This document shows positions 48,713 through 58,013 of a stretch of DNA of 64,000 nt, piece after piece. The translations under genes and the position numbers were made by a program. The stretch covers positions 32,001 through 96,000 of IMG/VR virus record IMGVR_UViG_3300009709_000003. One strand, written 5' to 3'. Every line of letters begins with the position of its first letter. Positions within the stretch are counted from its first letter, which is position 1. The notes under the pieces are model-generated. The model was not told the origin of the DNA. It worked only from the letters and a program-made list of their open reading frames with translations, and made no database searches. Source of the stretch: a virus.

Positions 48713-48767
48713 CACGGCGAAACCCCGCAGGGGGTCCTAGGGTCAGACCCTAGCTGACGAGCCGAGT
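48712..48767 (+). ncRNA. Hammerhead ribozyme, type II
   Basis: CGGC-GAAA-CCCC GCAG GGGG-UC / CUAGGG UCAGA CCCUAG-CUGACGA-GCCG; predicted cleavage after 48736. Confidence 0.9.
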
Positions 48768-48796
48768 AACAAAGTAACATACAACAAGCGGACCAA

Positions 48797-49003
48797 GTGA
48801 AGACCTACATCGTGACGGTGACGACGACAGAGATCTACGAAATTGACGCACCTAACATCCTGATGGCAGAAATGCTGAAGGACGGCATCCTGGAAGCTGA
48901 CGATATCGCGATCGAGCGAATGGTGATGGTAGACCGGTCAGTTACAATATCGACGACAGCTAAAATCGCAGATGTGGCACCAGTTTTGCAACAGAAAAAG
49001 TAA
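48797..49003 (+). CDS. Small DpnD/PcfM-like protein
   Basis: MKTYIVTVTTTEIYEIDAP...A. Confidence 0.5.
   Translation: MKTYIVTVTTTEIYEIDAPNILMAEMLKDGILEADDIAIERMVMVDRSVTISTTAKIADVAPVLQQKK
48975..48990 (+). promoter_or_regulatory. sigma54 promoter (cassette family B)
   Basis: TGGCACCAGTTTTGCA. Confidence 0.7.
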
Positions 49004-49018
49004 CCACAGGAGAACAGC

Positions 49019-49516
49019 ATGAAGACGTTCATTGTAACACGCACCACGGTTGAGACTTTTATGATTCAAAGCGAAGACGCAGAAGGCGATATCGCGCACG
49101 GCAACATCGTCCTCGACAACGAAATGCCTACACATAGTGACACTGAAATTGTGTCGCGCGAAATGCTCGACGCGCCTGAGTACCGGGTTGTCATCATCGA
49201 AGAGAACATCGGTTGGAACGAGTTTAAGGGCGATTTTGAGAACGCGGAAGACGAAGCAGAAGCTAAGGAGGCATTCTACAAACACGGCGTTTACGGGTAT
49301 TCTGTCGAGATGCGCACTGTGGTTGACGGGCAATGGGACGACGTTGACAGTTGCTTTGGTTTCTTGGGCAACGAAAGGCAGTACATGTTGGACGTGGCAA
49401 TCGAACACATCCCAAAAGGTGTGGATGCCAAGATTTGGGAAAGTTTTTGCAATGCAGCTGAAGCTACTGAGACCAATGAAACGGTCACTGGTATTGGTGC
49501 GAGTGAAGCAGCCTAA
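49019..49516 (+). CDS. Acidic early protein
   Basis: 165 aa, AGGAG RBS; MKTFIVT start. Confidence 0.65.
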   Translation: MKTFIVTRTTVETFMIQSEDAEGDIAHGNIVLDNEMPTHSDTEIVSREMLDAPEYRVVIIEENIGWNEFKGDFENAEDEAEAKEAFYKHGVYGYSVEMRTVVDGQWDDVDSCFGFLGNERQYMLDVAIEHIPKGVDAKIWESFCNAAEATETNETVTGIGASEAA

Positions 49517-49518
49517 CA

Positions 49519-49568
49519 GGACGAAACCGCTTCGGCGGTCTGCTCGTAAAACGGGCACTGACGAGTCC
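49519..49568 (+). ncRNA. Hammerhead ribozyme, type II
   Basis: GGAC-GAAA-CCGC UUCG GCGG-UC / UGCUCGU AAA ACGGGCA-CUGACGA-GUCC; predicted cleavage after 49540. Confidence 0.92.
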
Positions 49569-49580
49569 AAGGAGAACGAC

Positions 49581-49889
49581 ATGGCAACGCAAGAGGAAAT
49601 CGAGGCAGTCCGCGACAATCTGGCAGACTATGGCCTCAGTGACGAGGTGATCTCGTTGGCGATCGACATATTTGGTGTTCATGCAGCGGATGCCCTTGAT
49701 GGCGGCGCTTATCAAGGCAAATACAATTCACTCAGCCACTATGCGTCAGAATACGTGGACGAAATTGGCCTACTCCATGGTTTGGATGACGTTATCGTCA
49801 AATATTTTGACTTTGAGTCGTATGGCCGCGATTTGGTGTCAGGTGGTGATGTAGTATACGAGAATGGCCACGTTTTTATTGCCAATTAA
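49581..49889 (+). CDS. ardA: ArdA-like antirestriction protein (C-terminal domains)
   Basis: AYQGKYNS..YA.EYVDE.G......KYFDFESYGRDL...D....GHVF; AAGGAG RBS. Confidence 0.75.
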   Translation: MATQEEIEAVRDNLADYGLSDEVISLAIDIFGVHAADALDGGAYQGKYNSLSHYASEYVDEIGLLHGLDDVIVKYFDFESYGRDLVSGGDVVYENGHVFIAN

Positions 49890-49897
49890 AACAAGCT

Positions 49898-49913
49898 TGG
49901 CACCAGTTTTGCA
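49898..49913 (+). promoter_or_regulatory. sigma54 promoter (cassette family B)
   Basis: TGGCACCAGTTTTGCA, identical to 48975-48990. Confidence 0.7.
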
Positions 49914-49939
49914 AACAGAAAAGTAACACGGGGGACAAC

Positions 49940-50203
49940 GTGAAAAAGAACGCAGCGCAACAAGCCTTGACCAACGCAGTGAACCGCGCCATCGCAAATG
50001 GAGCACCAGTGTACGAGAATCAACCCGTTGAGACGCCAAAACTCAAAACCTTTATCGTAACGCAGACCATAGTAAAGACCTTTGAAGTGCAAGAAGACGA
50101 CGCAGATAAAGCCAAAAGTGCGGTATTGACGTCCCGTTTTATTACTGGGACACAGACTGTAAACACTGTCGTAACAGAGAAGCTCGAAGGTGGCGTAATA
50201 TGA
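49940..50203 (+). CDS. Small early protein
   Basis: Contains KTFIVTQT..KTFEVQ..DA module. Confidence 0.55.
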   Translation: MKKNAAQQALTNAVNRAIANGAPVYENQPVETPKLKTFIVTQTIVKTFEVQEDDADKAKSAVLTSRFITGTQTVNTVVTEKLEGGVI

Positions 50204-50381
50204 ACATCCGAATTGGAGTTTACGTTAGTCTTTATGTGGGTCTTGGCGAACAATTCATGGACCAAGTACATACAGACTGGGCAGTAGTCCAACCTGGATT
50301 CTTTAAGAAAGAACTCCAGTAAACAAACACCTTAACCCGAAAGCCCGCCTAGTGCGGGCATCGGCATTAAGAGAGGGTAAC

Positions 50382-51743
50382 ATGCGATTTAAGGTAGGGC
50401 AAGTCATTCGTAACCTTGATTCTGTCATCCCTCAATTTAAATGGCGGATTGATAGAGTTACAGAAAACGGGTACGTAGTGACGCCCCTGATTTATAAGGA
50501 CATCTACAAAGAACGTTTTCTCTCTGCTCACGACAGATTGGTTTTGGCAGAAGGGAATGGAGACAACAAGTGACAACACTTAAACGGAAATTCCCGCGCC
50601 GGGTGTACGGTAAGCGTGAACACAACTTGATGTTGCGACAACAGGCACTCATGCCACTGACATACAAGCCTTTCGAGCAAGCGATATATAATCAAGGCTG
50701 GCTAGATGCGAAGACGGCCATAGTGGAACAAGAATTGCAGGACATTTCAAACATGTTCACTGACCTGGAAAAGGACAACAAGCAATGAATCCAATTAAAA
50801 ATTACAGTGTAACCTGCAACTGCAAGTGTAACTGCCCAAAGTGTAACAAGAGAAAGTAACATGGAAGACAAACAAGTGAACCATAAAACCCGCAAATTGA
50901 GTGACGAGTTGGAGAGAACCCCAGAATGGGGAGTGTCCACCGGATTCGAAATTCGTACTATTGAAGCCATCCGCAACTTGGAATTTAACCTGCATGAGGC
51001 GCAAAAGGCCGCTGAAGATGCACACTTTTTGCTGACAGCAGAGGTTAAACGAGCAGAATCCGCTGAAGCCCGCATTAAAGAACTAGAGTCCACGTGTATT
51101 AAAGAATTTGAAAAGGGATACGACCAGGCCCTGTCTGAAGTTGGTGTCAAATGGGACGGGAACAAATTTGTAAAGAAAAATGGGGAGTCACATGAGTAAG
51201 TCAAAACTGCTTGATAGTAAACAGAAGATCATCAACTACGTGCAAAAACGACGTGATCGTATTGGTGAGGAACGAGATCTAATAACGAGGTTTGCCGAAG
51301 TACGTAAGTTGGAAGAACAAGCCAAAATAGCACGTCGAGCCTATGAACAACGGTGTGAGGCTACACGACCAGAATTCAATGCTGCTTGGGACCGTGTCAG
51401 TATGGACGCCAAGAAATATTTGAATGCCTTGGTAGCCGGCACGCCCGTAACAGTGGATACGGATGCAGATGAGATGCGGGACAGACTTGTCAAACCTACC
51501 CTTGGTGTGGTAGAATAATCCCATAAATTTCAACTTGGAGGGCACTTGGCGGACAAAGAGTCTGACACACTGCAGTACACCAGCGCAGAGGAGATTCATT
51601 CAGACCTACAAGAAATTAGAAGGAAAATCCAGGAGATCACAGCTAAGCGGCGAGCATTTTTATCCTCGTACCTAAACAAGATTTTTACATCTAACTTAGA
51701 GGAAGAGAAAAATGAAACACAATCCATTCATAGACGCCATTAA
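50382..51743 (+). other. Run of small hypothetical genes (50382-50573, 50570-50788, 50861-51199, 51192-51518, 51546-51743)
   Basis: Coupled ORFs with RBSs. Confidence 0.55.
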
Positions 51744-52104
51744 CAAGGCTTTCCCTAACATGGAGAAGATCTACGCCGAACTCGAAGAACAATTCGAACC
51801 AGGTGTGATCAGAGCGGCAGTAAAAACCTTTGGCATGGACCACGCTATCAAGGCTCTGAATCAAGGCGCATATCGAGGTAGATTTAAAAGTGTGGGCGCA
51901 TACGCAGAATCTGTGATTGCAGACCTGGCCATCCTGAACAACGACTTGTTGAAACTTTACTTTGACTACGACGCGTTCACTCGGGATCTGGGCCATGACG
52001 TCCATTTTATCGATGGGTACATTTTTGACATTGAATACGGACCTGGTATTACCTCATCAAGATCTATCATTGTGGATGACGAGGAAGACCATGAAATTCA
52101 GTGA
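51712..52104 (+). CDS. ardA: Second ArdA-like antirestriction protein
   Basis: GAYRGRFKS..AYAE.......LYFDYDAFTRDL..D....GYIF. Confidence 0.7.
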   Translation: MKHNPFIDAINKAFPNMEKIYAELEEQFEPGVIRAAVKTFGMDHAIKALNQGAYRGRFKSVGAYAESVIADLAILNNDLLKLYFDYDAFTRDLGHDVHFIDGYIFDIEYGPGITSSRSIIVDDEEDHEIQ

Positions 52105-52573
52105 CCTATTGGTAGGAGACGCCTTTGCTTGCCGGTTTGGGATTCTGAAGAAGGAAGGAGCCGGGCATGCTTTACACATTGACTCGCATGGGTTAAGTAG
52201 TTCAATCAACTCTGCTCATTCGGTCGTGTTTTTACCCTCCGTCAAAATCATCATGGAAAGCGAATACAAGGAGATTTTGAAAGAGTGTAAGAGAATCGGC
52301 TTGTCTATCAAGATTCAACAGTTGGTTGAGTCGTATTTAAAACGTCAAGGTGTGTTTGCTGAGACCGAACCGGTAAACATGCACTACCCTGCTCGATTAG
52401 CCGCCACGGTGGATATGATTGAAGCGATAGAACATCAACACGATGCATTATTGGCAGGTGAAACACACGATGATTTTACAGAAGAGGAAGTTCAAACGGC
52501 CTTGCAAGTTTTCAAAGACGCACTCGACATGCTTGAACTTACCCGCAAACAAATCCGATCAAAGATCTTTTAA
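52091..52573 (+). CDS. Hypothetical protein
   Basis: GAGG RBS before MKFSDLLVGDAF. Confidence 0.55.
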   Translation: MKFSDLLVGDAFACRFGILKKEGAGHALHIDSHGLSSSINSAHSVVFLPSVKIIMESEYKEILKECKRIGLSIKIQQLVESYLKRQGVFAETEPVNMHYPARLAATVDMIEAIEHQHDALLAGETHDDFTEEEVQTALQVFKDALDMLELTRKQIRSKIF

Positions 52574-52586
52574 AGGAATCCCATTT

Positions 52587-52814
52587 ATGTCTGATTCTCC
52601 TTACAACCCCGCTCTTCTGTCTGCACAACTTGTGGCGGTAGGGCTGTCTATTCACGCTGTAGAACAACAGTATGAGGACGTAAAGAATGGTGAGATACTT
52701 GAACACCTTAGTCACGCAGAAAGGGAAGCGGCAGGTGTTGCATTTGAACTTATTCTCACAGGGTTGAATGTAAGACGATCTCAGATATCAACTATTTTGG
52801 ATGGGTGTAGGTAG
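52587..52814 (+). CDS. Hypothetical protein resembling the C-terminus of the upstream gene
   Basis: YNPALLSAQL..V...IHAVEQQ vs HYPARLAATV..IEAIEHQ. Confidence 0.5.
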   Translation: MSDSPYNPALLSAQLVAVGLSIHAVEQQYEDVKNGEILEHLSHAEREAAGVAFELILTGLNVRRSQISTILDGCR

Positions 52815-52836
52815 GATAGTATCTTACTTATAAATT

Positions 52837-52852
52837 TGGCATAGTCATTGCA
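52837..52852 (+). promoter_or_regulatory. sigma54 promoter
   Basis: TGGCATAGTCATTGCA upstream of the helicase. Confidence 0.65.
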
Positions 52853-52883
52853 GATAAATCGTAACATCTGTCTGGAGTGGTCT

Positions 52884-53897
52884 ATGCAACTTCGAGATTA
52901 TCAAATTAAAGTCATCGACCAGGTAATCTCGAACATTAGGGGAGGGGACACGTCAGTTTTGATTGAATCTCCCACAGGCAGTGGAAAGACAATTATGGGG
53001 ATTGCTTTGGCCGCCAAACTCGGCAACGAACAACGTGTCGGATGGGTGGCTACACGCCGCAATCTGTTGGCGCAGGCCAAAGAGGCCCAAATGCAATGGG
53101 CACCTTCCATGAAATTCTTCCCTATCTCTGCCTTTGAGAAGTCCCCTCCCCTAGTTGACATTCTCATCATTGATGAAGCCCACCACACGGCGACAACGAG
53201 TATTTCAGACATCTTGATTCAATCTAAAGCCAAAATCGTCATCGGGTTGACTGCTACGCCCTTTCGTTCAGACGGTATGATGTTGGCGTTCAAGTCCCAG
53301 GTAAAGGGCTGTGGAATTCACACCCTCATCCAAGACGGTTGGTTGTCTCCTTTCGACCATTTTTCAATCAAAGATTGGTCACCAAAAGAAGTTGTGAACA
53401 CATATCTGAGAGAGCAAGACCGCTTTGGTAAATCCTGCATCTTTTTCCACACTCGGAAAGAGTGTCAGACAGCCATGAACCTGCTGCGTGCGGGTGGGGT
53501 AGAGTGCGAGTTGGTGACGGGAGAGAGCGACCGAGAGCGCCAACTTCATCAATTCGAGACCGGTAAGACCAAAGTGCTGGTCAACATGATGGTCCTCACT
53601 GAGGGTTTCGATGCCCCCGACTTGCAGTCTATTTTCATCCGGGATTCAAGTAAAGGTCCCACCATTCAGATGGGTGGGAGAGTGTTGCGGAAAGTGCCGG
53701 GAATCGCTGTAAAGAATATCGTCCAGAGTGTAAACACACGGATGCCGTTCACCCGGGTTGCAACGGCCAAGACGCAATATCTGTATGAAGACGATAGGTG
53801 GGTGAGTATCACCGCCAACCCACATGTTGAGAAAATGGTCAATGTCGCTCTCAGTCAGTTGCGACGCAACGTGTTGAAAAATATACGGGAGTATTAA
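52884..53897 (+). CDS. Superfamily 2 (DEAH) helicase
   Basis: LRDYQ, SPTGSGKT, IIDEAHH, GLTATP, LTEGFDAP, QMGGRVLR. Confidence 0.9.
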   Translation: MQLRDYQIKVIDQVISNIRGGDTSVLIESPTGSGKTIMGIALAAKLGNEQRVGWVATRRNLLAQAKEAQMQWAPSMKFFPISAFEKSPPLVDILIIDEAHHTATTSISDILIQSKAKIVIGLTATPFRSDGMMLAFKSQVKGCGIHTLIQDGWLSPFDHFSIKDWSPKEVVNTYLREQDRFGKSCIFFHTRKECQTAMNLLRAGGVECELVTGESDRERQLHQFETGKTKVLVNMMVLTEGFDAPDLQSIFIRDSSKGPTIQMGGRVLRKVPGIAVKNIVQSVNTRMPFTRVATAKTQYLYEDDRWVSITANPHVEKMVNVALSQLRRNVLKNIREY

Positions 53898-53900
53898 TCC

Positions 53901-53916
53901 TGGCACGAGAGATGCA
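53901..53916 (+). promoter_or_regulatory. sigma54 promoter (cassette family C)
   Basis: TGGCACGAGAGATGCA followed by AAAATCCCGTACCCTT, also seen after 48142. Confidence 0.65.
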
Positions 53917-53959
53917 ATAAAAATCCCGTACCCTTCGATCAACTTCCCAGGAGTTTAAC

Positions 53960-55024
53960 ATGATGAGCCAAGCAAGCCTGAACGATTTGAACGATTTCTA
54001 CACCAACGTCGTAAGTTTGCGCGATTTGTCCGTTCCTACCCCAGCAACCACCGACCGGAAAGCCGACCGCATGCCCAGCACTGTTTTCGTACATGGGCGC
54101 AAATACACAGCCGGTCGCCGTTTCTGGCAGTCCATCTTTGCGAAGTACGGTGTGGGCGACACTACCCTCCGTTATTTCACTCCTATGGAGTTGATCAGCC
54201 GCATCATCGAGCGCCGCAAGACCGACACTCTCCGTATTACTTCTATCTCTGGTCAACTGCAGGGTGTATCAGCCACGACCCGTCAGGAGACGACGCCCAC
54301 ACAAATCATCAGCTTGGGTGAACGCAGCGGGTTTCTCCCCGTTCAATATTACAATGGGGAACTTATCCTGGCGAAGTCGGTGGACCAAGCTTTCAAGATT
54401 GGCAACGACGAGTTCCAATTGAAGCACTATGCAAAAGTCCCTGTTGATGGCTACGGTAACCCTATGGTGATTATCGCACCAGAGCGTTTGGCCTGTCTCA
54501 ATCAGCTTGTGACTTGGGGCTTGGATTTCGGACAAAAGATTCAAATCGGACGTGGCATGTATCACGCCCTGGGTCAGGCCCTCCCAGCGTTTGAGAATGA
54601 AGAAGCCCTGGTGATTATGCGCAAGCGTCTTCAAGCAAGCCTTGAGACGGTAGCCAGCCTTGGTGAAGTACGAGAGACCCAACGTTTATTGGCAACCACC
54701 TACCCTAAGGCCGTGCCCGCATTCCAAGAAGCGGTTGGCGACCTGGCGCGTAAGTATGGCGTCACCAACTTGGACGCCATCGGACCGGTTCAGCAGCGCG
54801 TGCTCCCCACCGATGCCCGAGTGTATGACTTGATCAACATGCTCACCGAAGCTGCTACGCACGGCACGAGCCAGCATGTCACCACCAAGATGAACGCCCG
54901 CGTTGGCCGGTTGTTGGCCCGCCCGCAGTTTGATTTGGAGGGTATGGGTGACGAGGTGCCAGTGCAACCAAAAGCCACGTTCTTCACGCCCGAAATGTTG
55001 ACAACAAATCTGGATGCGGATTAA
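53960..55024 (+). CDS. Early protein, possibly DUF932-like
   Basis: 354 aa; DGYG...ERLACLNQLV; YDLINMLTE.ATH. Confidence 0.55.
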   Translation: MMSQASLNDLNDFYTNVVSLRDLSVPTPATTDRKADRMPSTVFVHGRKYTAGRRFWQSIFAKYGVGDTTLRYFTPMELISRIIERRKTDTLRITSISGQLQGVSATTRQETTPTQIISLGERSGFLPVQYYNGELILAKSVDQAFKIGNDEFQLKHYAKVPVDGYGNPMVIIAPERLACLNQLVTWGLDFGQKIQIGRGMYHALGQALPAFENEEALVIMRKRLQASLETVASLGEVRETQRLLATTYPKAVPAFQEAVGDLARKYGVTNLDAIGPVQQRVLPTDARVYDLINMLTEAATHGTSQHVTTKMNARVGRLLARPQFDLEGMGDEVPVQPKATFFTPEMLTTNLDAD

Positions 55025-55185
55025 TCAAATGTTGGACGAACTATTTTGCTTGGTGTTCGACGCGTTTCAAATAATTGTGAGTTGGTACATCGATGTACTT
55101 TACGTCGTGAGCCAACACCACAACCGGATGATAGACTGGTACAATTCACGCACTTACTTTTCATTTACGAAGGATGAGGAAAACC

Positions 55186-55425
55186 ATGGAAACGATTAGC
55201 GTAGAGTCATCGCATATGGCGACTATGGGTTACGAACCGGACACCAAAGTGTTGCAGATTGGATTTAAGAACAACACTCTTTATGAGTACTTTGACGTAC
55301 CGCCCAATGTCTGGGAAGAATTCAAGGCTGCCGAAAGCAAAGGTAAGTACCTGGCCAAGTTTATTAAAGGTACCTATCAATACAAGAAAGTGGAAACGCC
55401 GCCCACAGAAGAAGTAAAACCTTAG
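55186..55425 (+). CDS. KTSC-domain protein
   Basis: VESSHM..MGYEP...LQIGFKN..LYEYFDVP...A.SKGKY....IKG. Confidence 0.85.
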   Translation: METISVESSHMATMGYEPDTKVLQIGFKNNTLYEYFDVPPNVWEEFKAAESKGKYLAKFIKGTYQYKKVETPPTEEVKP

Positions 55426-55667
55426 TAGACGTCGCCGTTCTCTTCAATCTTCTTGTCTTCCAACTGTGCTACCACTCGACGATAAAACTCCAACTTAGCG
55501 CCTTCAAGTGCGCCAAGTACATCGTTCATGACTTGGTAGTTCATCTTCGTGCCCATCATATACGACCGAATGAGTTGAGTGATACAGTAGTTCAGTTCAC
55601 CCGGATCCCCAGGAAACACTTCTTGAGCATCCAGAGCGTAGCGCCGGGTCTGTTTGATATATGGCAT
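55422..55667 (-). CDS. Conserved phage protein (MPYI...GELNY...LEFYRR..ED.KI..NGDVY)
   Basis: Recognisable small phage family. Confidence 0.7.
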   Translation of the reverse strand: MPYIKQTRRYALDAQEVFPGDPGELNYCITQLIRSYMMGTKMNYQVMNDVLGALEGAKLEFYRRVVAQLEDKKIEENGDVY

Positions 55668-55668
55668 C

Positions 55669-55986
55669 TTACGACTTGGTCGAAGTGGTAGGTGTAGCGG
55701 GAGTCACACCCGTACTGACAGCAACAGGTGGAAGCTTGGCTGCCACAGCCTCGGCAAGCTTTGCTGCCTGAGCCTTAGCGGCTGCTTCTGCGGGAGTATC
55801 CAGGACGTGAATACTCTTAGCTGCGTCCCCCATTTGCACGACTTCAACTGCCGCTCCAGCCACGTCGCCATGGGCCGCGTCTGCAACTGTCACGGCTGCT
55901 CGTTCAACCGTCACCGCCGCTGCTTTCGCGTTGTGCCACGTAAAGAGCTTCCCGAACCAACTCCCGATCGCCTTTAGGAAATTCAT
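55669..55986 (-). CDS. Ala-rich hypothetical protein
   Basis: GAGG RBS before MNFLKAIGSWFGKLF. Confidence 0.55.
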   Translation of the reverse strand: MNFLKAIGSWFGKLFTWHNAKAAAVTVERAAVTVADAAHGDVAGAAVEVVQMGDAAKSIHVLDTPAEAAAKAQAAKLAEAVAAKLPPVAVSTGVTPATPTTSTKS

Positions 55987-56274
55987 GATTGTCCTCTTCG
56001 TGGAACTCAGTCCCACACTTTGTACACTTCATGTACATATAAGGAGCGATGTACCACCCGTTATGCTTGCCTGGACGATGTTGCGCTTCAAGGATATGTT
56101 GTTTACACATGTCACTGTATCGTATTAAGAGCGACCGGATAAATTATGTAGTACACGACCTTATATTACCCACATGAAGTACGTTGGATACGCTTTCGGA
56201 GTCGTAGCGGTAATCGCCTTTACTGGACAGTCTCTGTGGCGAGCATGGGTTGAACACAACGAAGAGGATAATGT

Positions 56275-56682
56275 ATGAAATTCTTTTTTAAACGTAAAGA
56301 CGGCGGCCAAGATTCCTATGTTACAGGCTATTGGCTCATTGAAGCTAAGAAGGCCTTCTCTGTTTGCCTCCTCCGATTTGATGAGAACACCAGGGAGAAT
56401 TATCACTCCCATGCGTTTAATTGTTTCTCTTGGGTGCTTACCGGTGGTCTCTCTGAACAATTTTACACAGGCACCAATAAAGCGGTGGTTAAGATCCCTC
56501 ACCTTCCCTCTTTCAAGCCGTTTATCACTCGTAAGACTACCCTCCACCGAGTGAAGTCTCTGCCAGGCAAGGGTACATCGTGGGTCCTCTCATTCCGTGG
56601 CCCATGGGAAGATACTTGGCACGAAGTAGATAAGCACAACAACGTGATCAATCTCACCCATGGGCGAAAGGTCGTAACTTGA
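56275..56682 (+). CDS. Cupin-like protein
   Basis: HSHAF..FSWVL.GG..E...HRV...WVLSFRGP. Confidence 0.65.
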   Translation: MKFFFKRKDGGQDSYVTGYWLIEAKKAFSVCLLRFDENTRENYHSHAFNCFSWVLTGGLSEQFYTGTNKAVVKIPHLPSFKPFITRKTTLHRVKSLPGKGTSWVLSFRGPWEDTWHEVDKHNNVINLTHGRKVVT

Positions 56683-56885
56683 AATACCTACTTCTTCTAC
56701 TGCTCCCAGCGTGTGCTAGTGCTAGTCCTGTTCCTTTCCGTAAGGCCCAGTGGCAAGCCGGACAACAATGCGTTGTGTACCAACGTGCTAAGTGCCGAGG
56801 TAAGGCTGGCACGGTTTACACCTGTTATCTGTGTCGTACCGGGGACACTGAGGGTGAACCGTCAGATTACAACGTTCCCCGATAA
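56679..56885 (+). CDS. Small Cys-rich lipoprotein
   Basis: MKYLLLLLLPA-C. Confidence 0.5.
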   Translation: MKYLLLLLLPACASASPVPFRKAQWQAGQQCVVYQRAKCRGKAGTVYTCYLCRTGDTEGEPSDYNVPR

Positions 56886-57117
56886 ATCGGTAGAGCATGC
56901 GTCTTATACACACATACAAGCGAGAGAACGAAATGTAGAGAGACGCCGCCAAGCTGTAGCACCGATGATACCCGGTGAAGTGTAGCCTCGCACAGGAGCA
57001 TTGGACAACGCCGCGCTCCCGGCCTACAGCCAAATCGATACGGATGTCAAACTTTTTGGCAGGGGTTCGTCGCGTACATCCGGATTGAAATAGGATAGAA
57101 TAATTTCATTGTCAGAC

Positions 57118-57234
57118 AAAACCGATCGGTTTTGATCGCTCCCTTCTTCGTTTGATTTTCTACCCAATACCTCAGCACTTCGCTTAAGAATTTATACACC
57201 ACATATAATTGTATAAAACAAAACCGATCGGTTT
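57118..57234. repeat. Two copies of palindrome AAACCGATCGGTTT in a ~1-kb non-coding region
   Basis: 57118-57133 (16 bp) and 57221-57234 (14 bp). Confidence 0.8.
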
Positions 57235-58013
57235 AGTTCGTGCGCTTTACCTACATCAAACTACATTTGCGGTGCGTGTCAGATTGAACGTTCATACACT
57301 TTTAATTTCCCGCAGCCCCGTTTTTAAACGTAGCATTCGACGCGAATACTAGAGCCGCAACTAACCCACCGACGCAAAAGGAAAGTACACTCCCGGCCCT
57401 CCCAGATATGGTGGTACCCGAACTTACAGACAAAGACGCGGAAGCTTACATTCCTGTGTACGTTTTATCAGTAGAGTGTACGTAGCAACAAGTGGTCTGT
57501 GGGGTTAGATTTAGTCTAGGTAAGGTGTAAATCTGTTACGGGTTGAAATAGTCTACTTTCCCTTCTCCATACGGTCTTCATTTGTTCTTTTAAAAGAGGA
57601 GCGTATTTTCTGCGGCACGGACAAACGTCACGGCCCGTACAGGAGAATCAAGGTGAGTACGAGGGCCAATGTGTAATAACCTCTCCTACTGTTTATAGGA
57701 GGACCATAAGTACTAGAGGTAAGATCATTAAAACAGAGTAACATAACAACCATTGATGCGATTTTCATTTTATTTCTGCTAAGGATGGATGATGTTTTAT
57801 ACTTAATTCTTATAGAACATAAATAGTATATAAATGAATACGGTATGTAAAATATAAACAAACATGGGAAAGTGTACACACAGGGACTTTTACTCTGACA
57901 AACACACCAAAAAATCCCGGGTTGTGGGGTTACCGATGTATTAAATGTCGGAAATGGCGTCCACTATTTTTGTGGGGCGGCGAAGGTTGGCAAGTGGACG
58001 AGAAGGGAGAAGA

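Noticed and set aside
49137-49889. 250-aa ORF ending in ArdA
   Set aside because: The 5' part overlaps 49019-49516 out of frame and crosses the ribozyme; the true start is 49581 with AAGGAG.
56617-56823. Further TGGCACG sites (near 56618 and 56807, also near 43251)
   Set aside because: Inside coding regions and lacking the -12 GC at the correct spacing.
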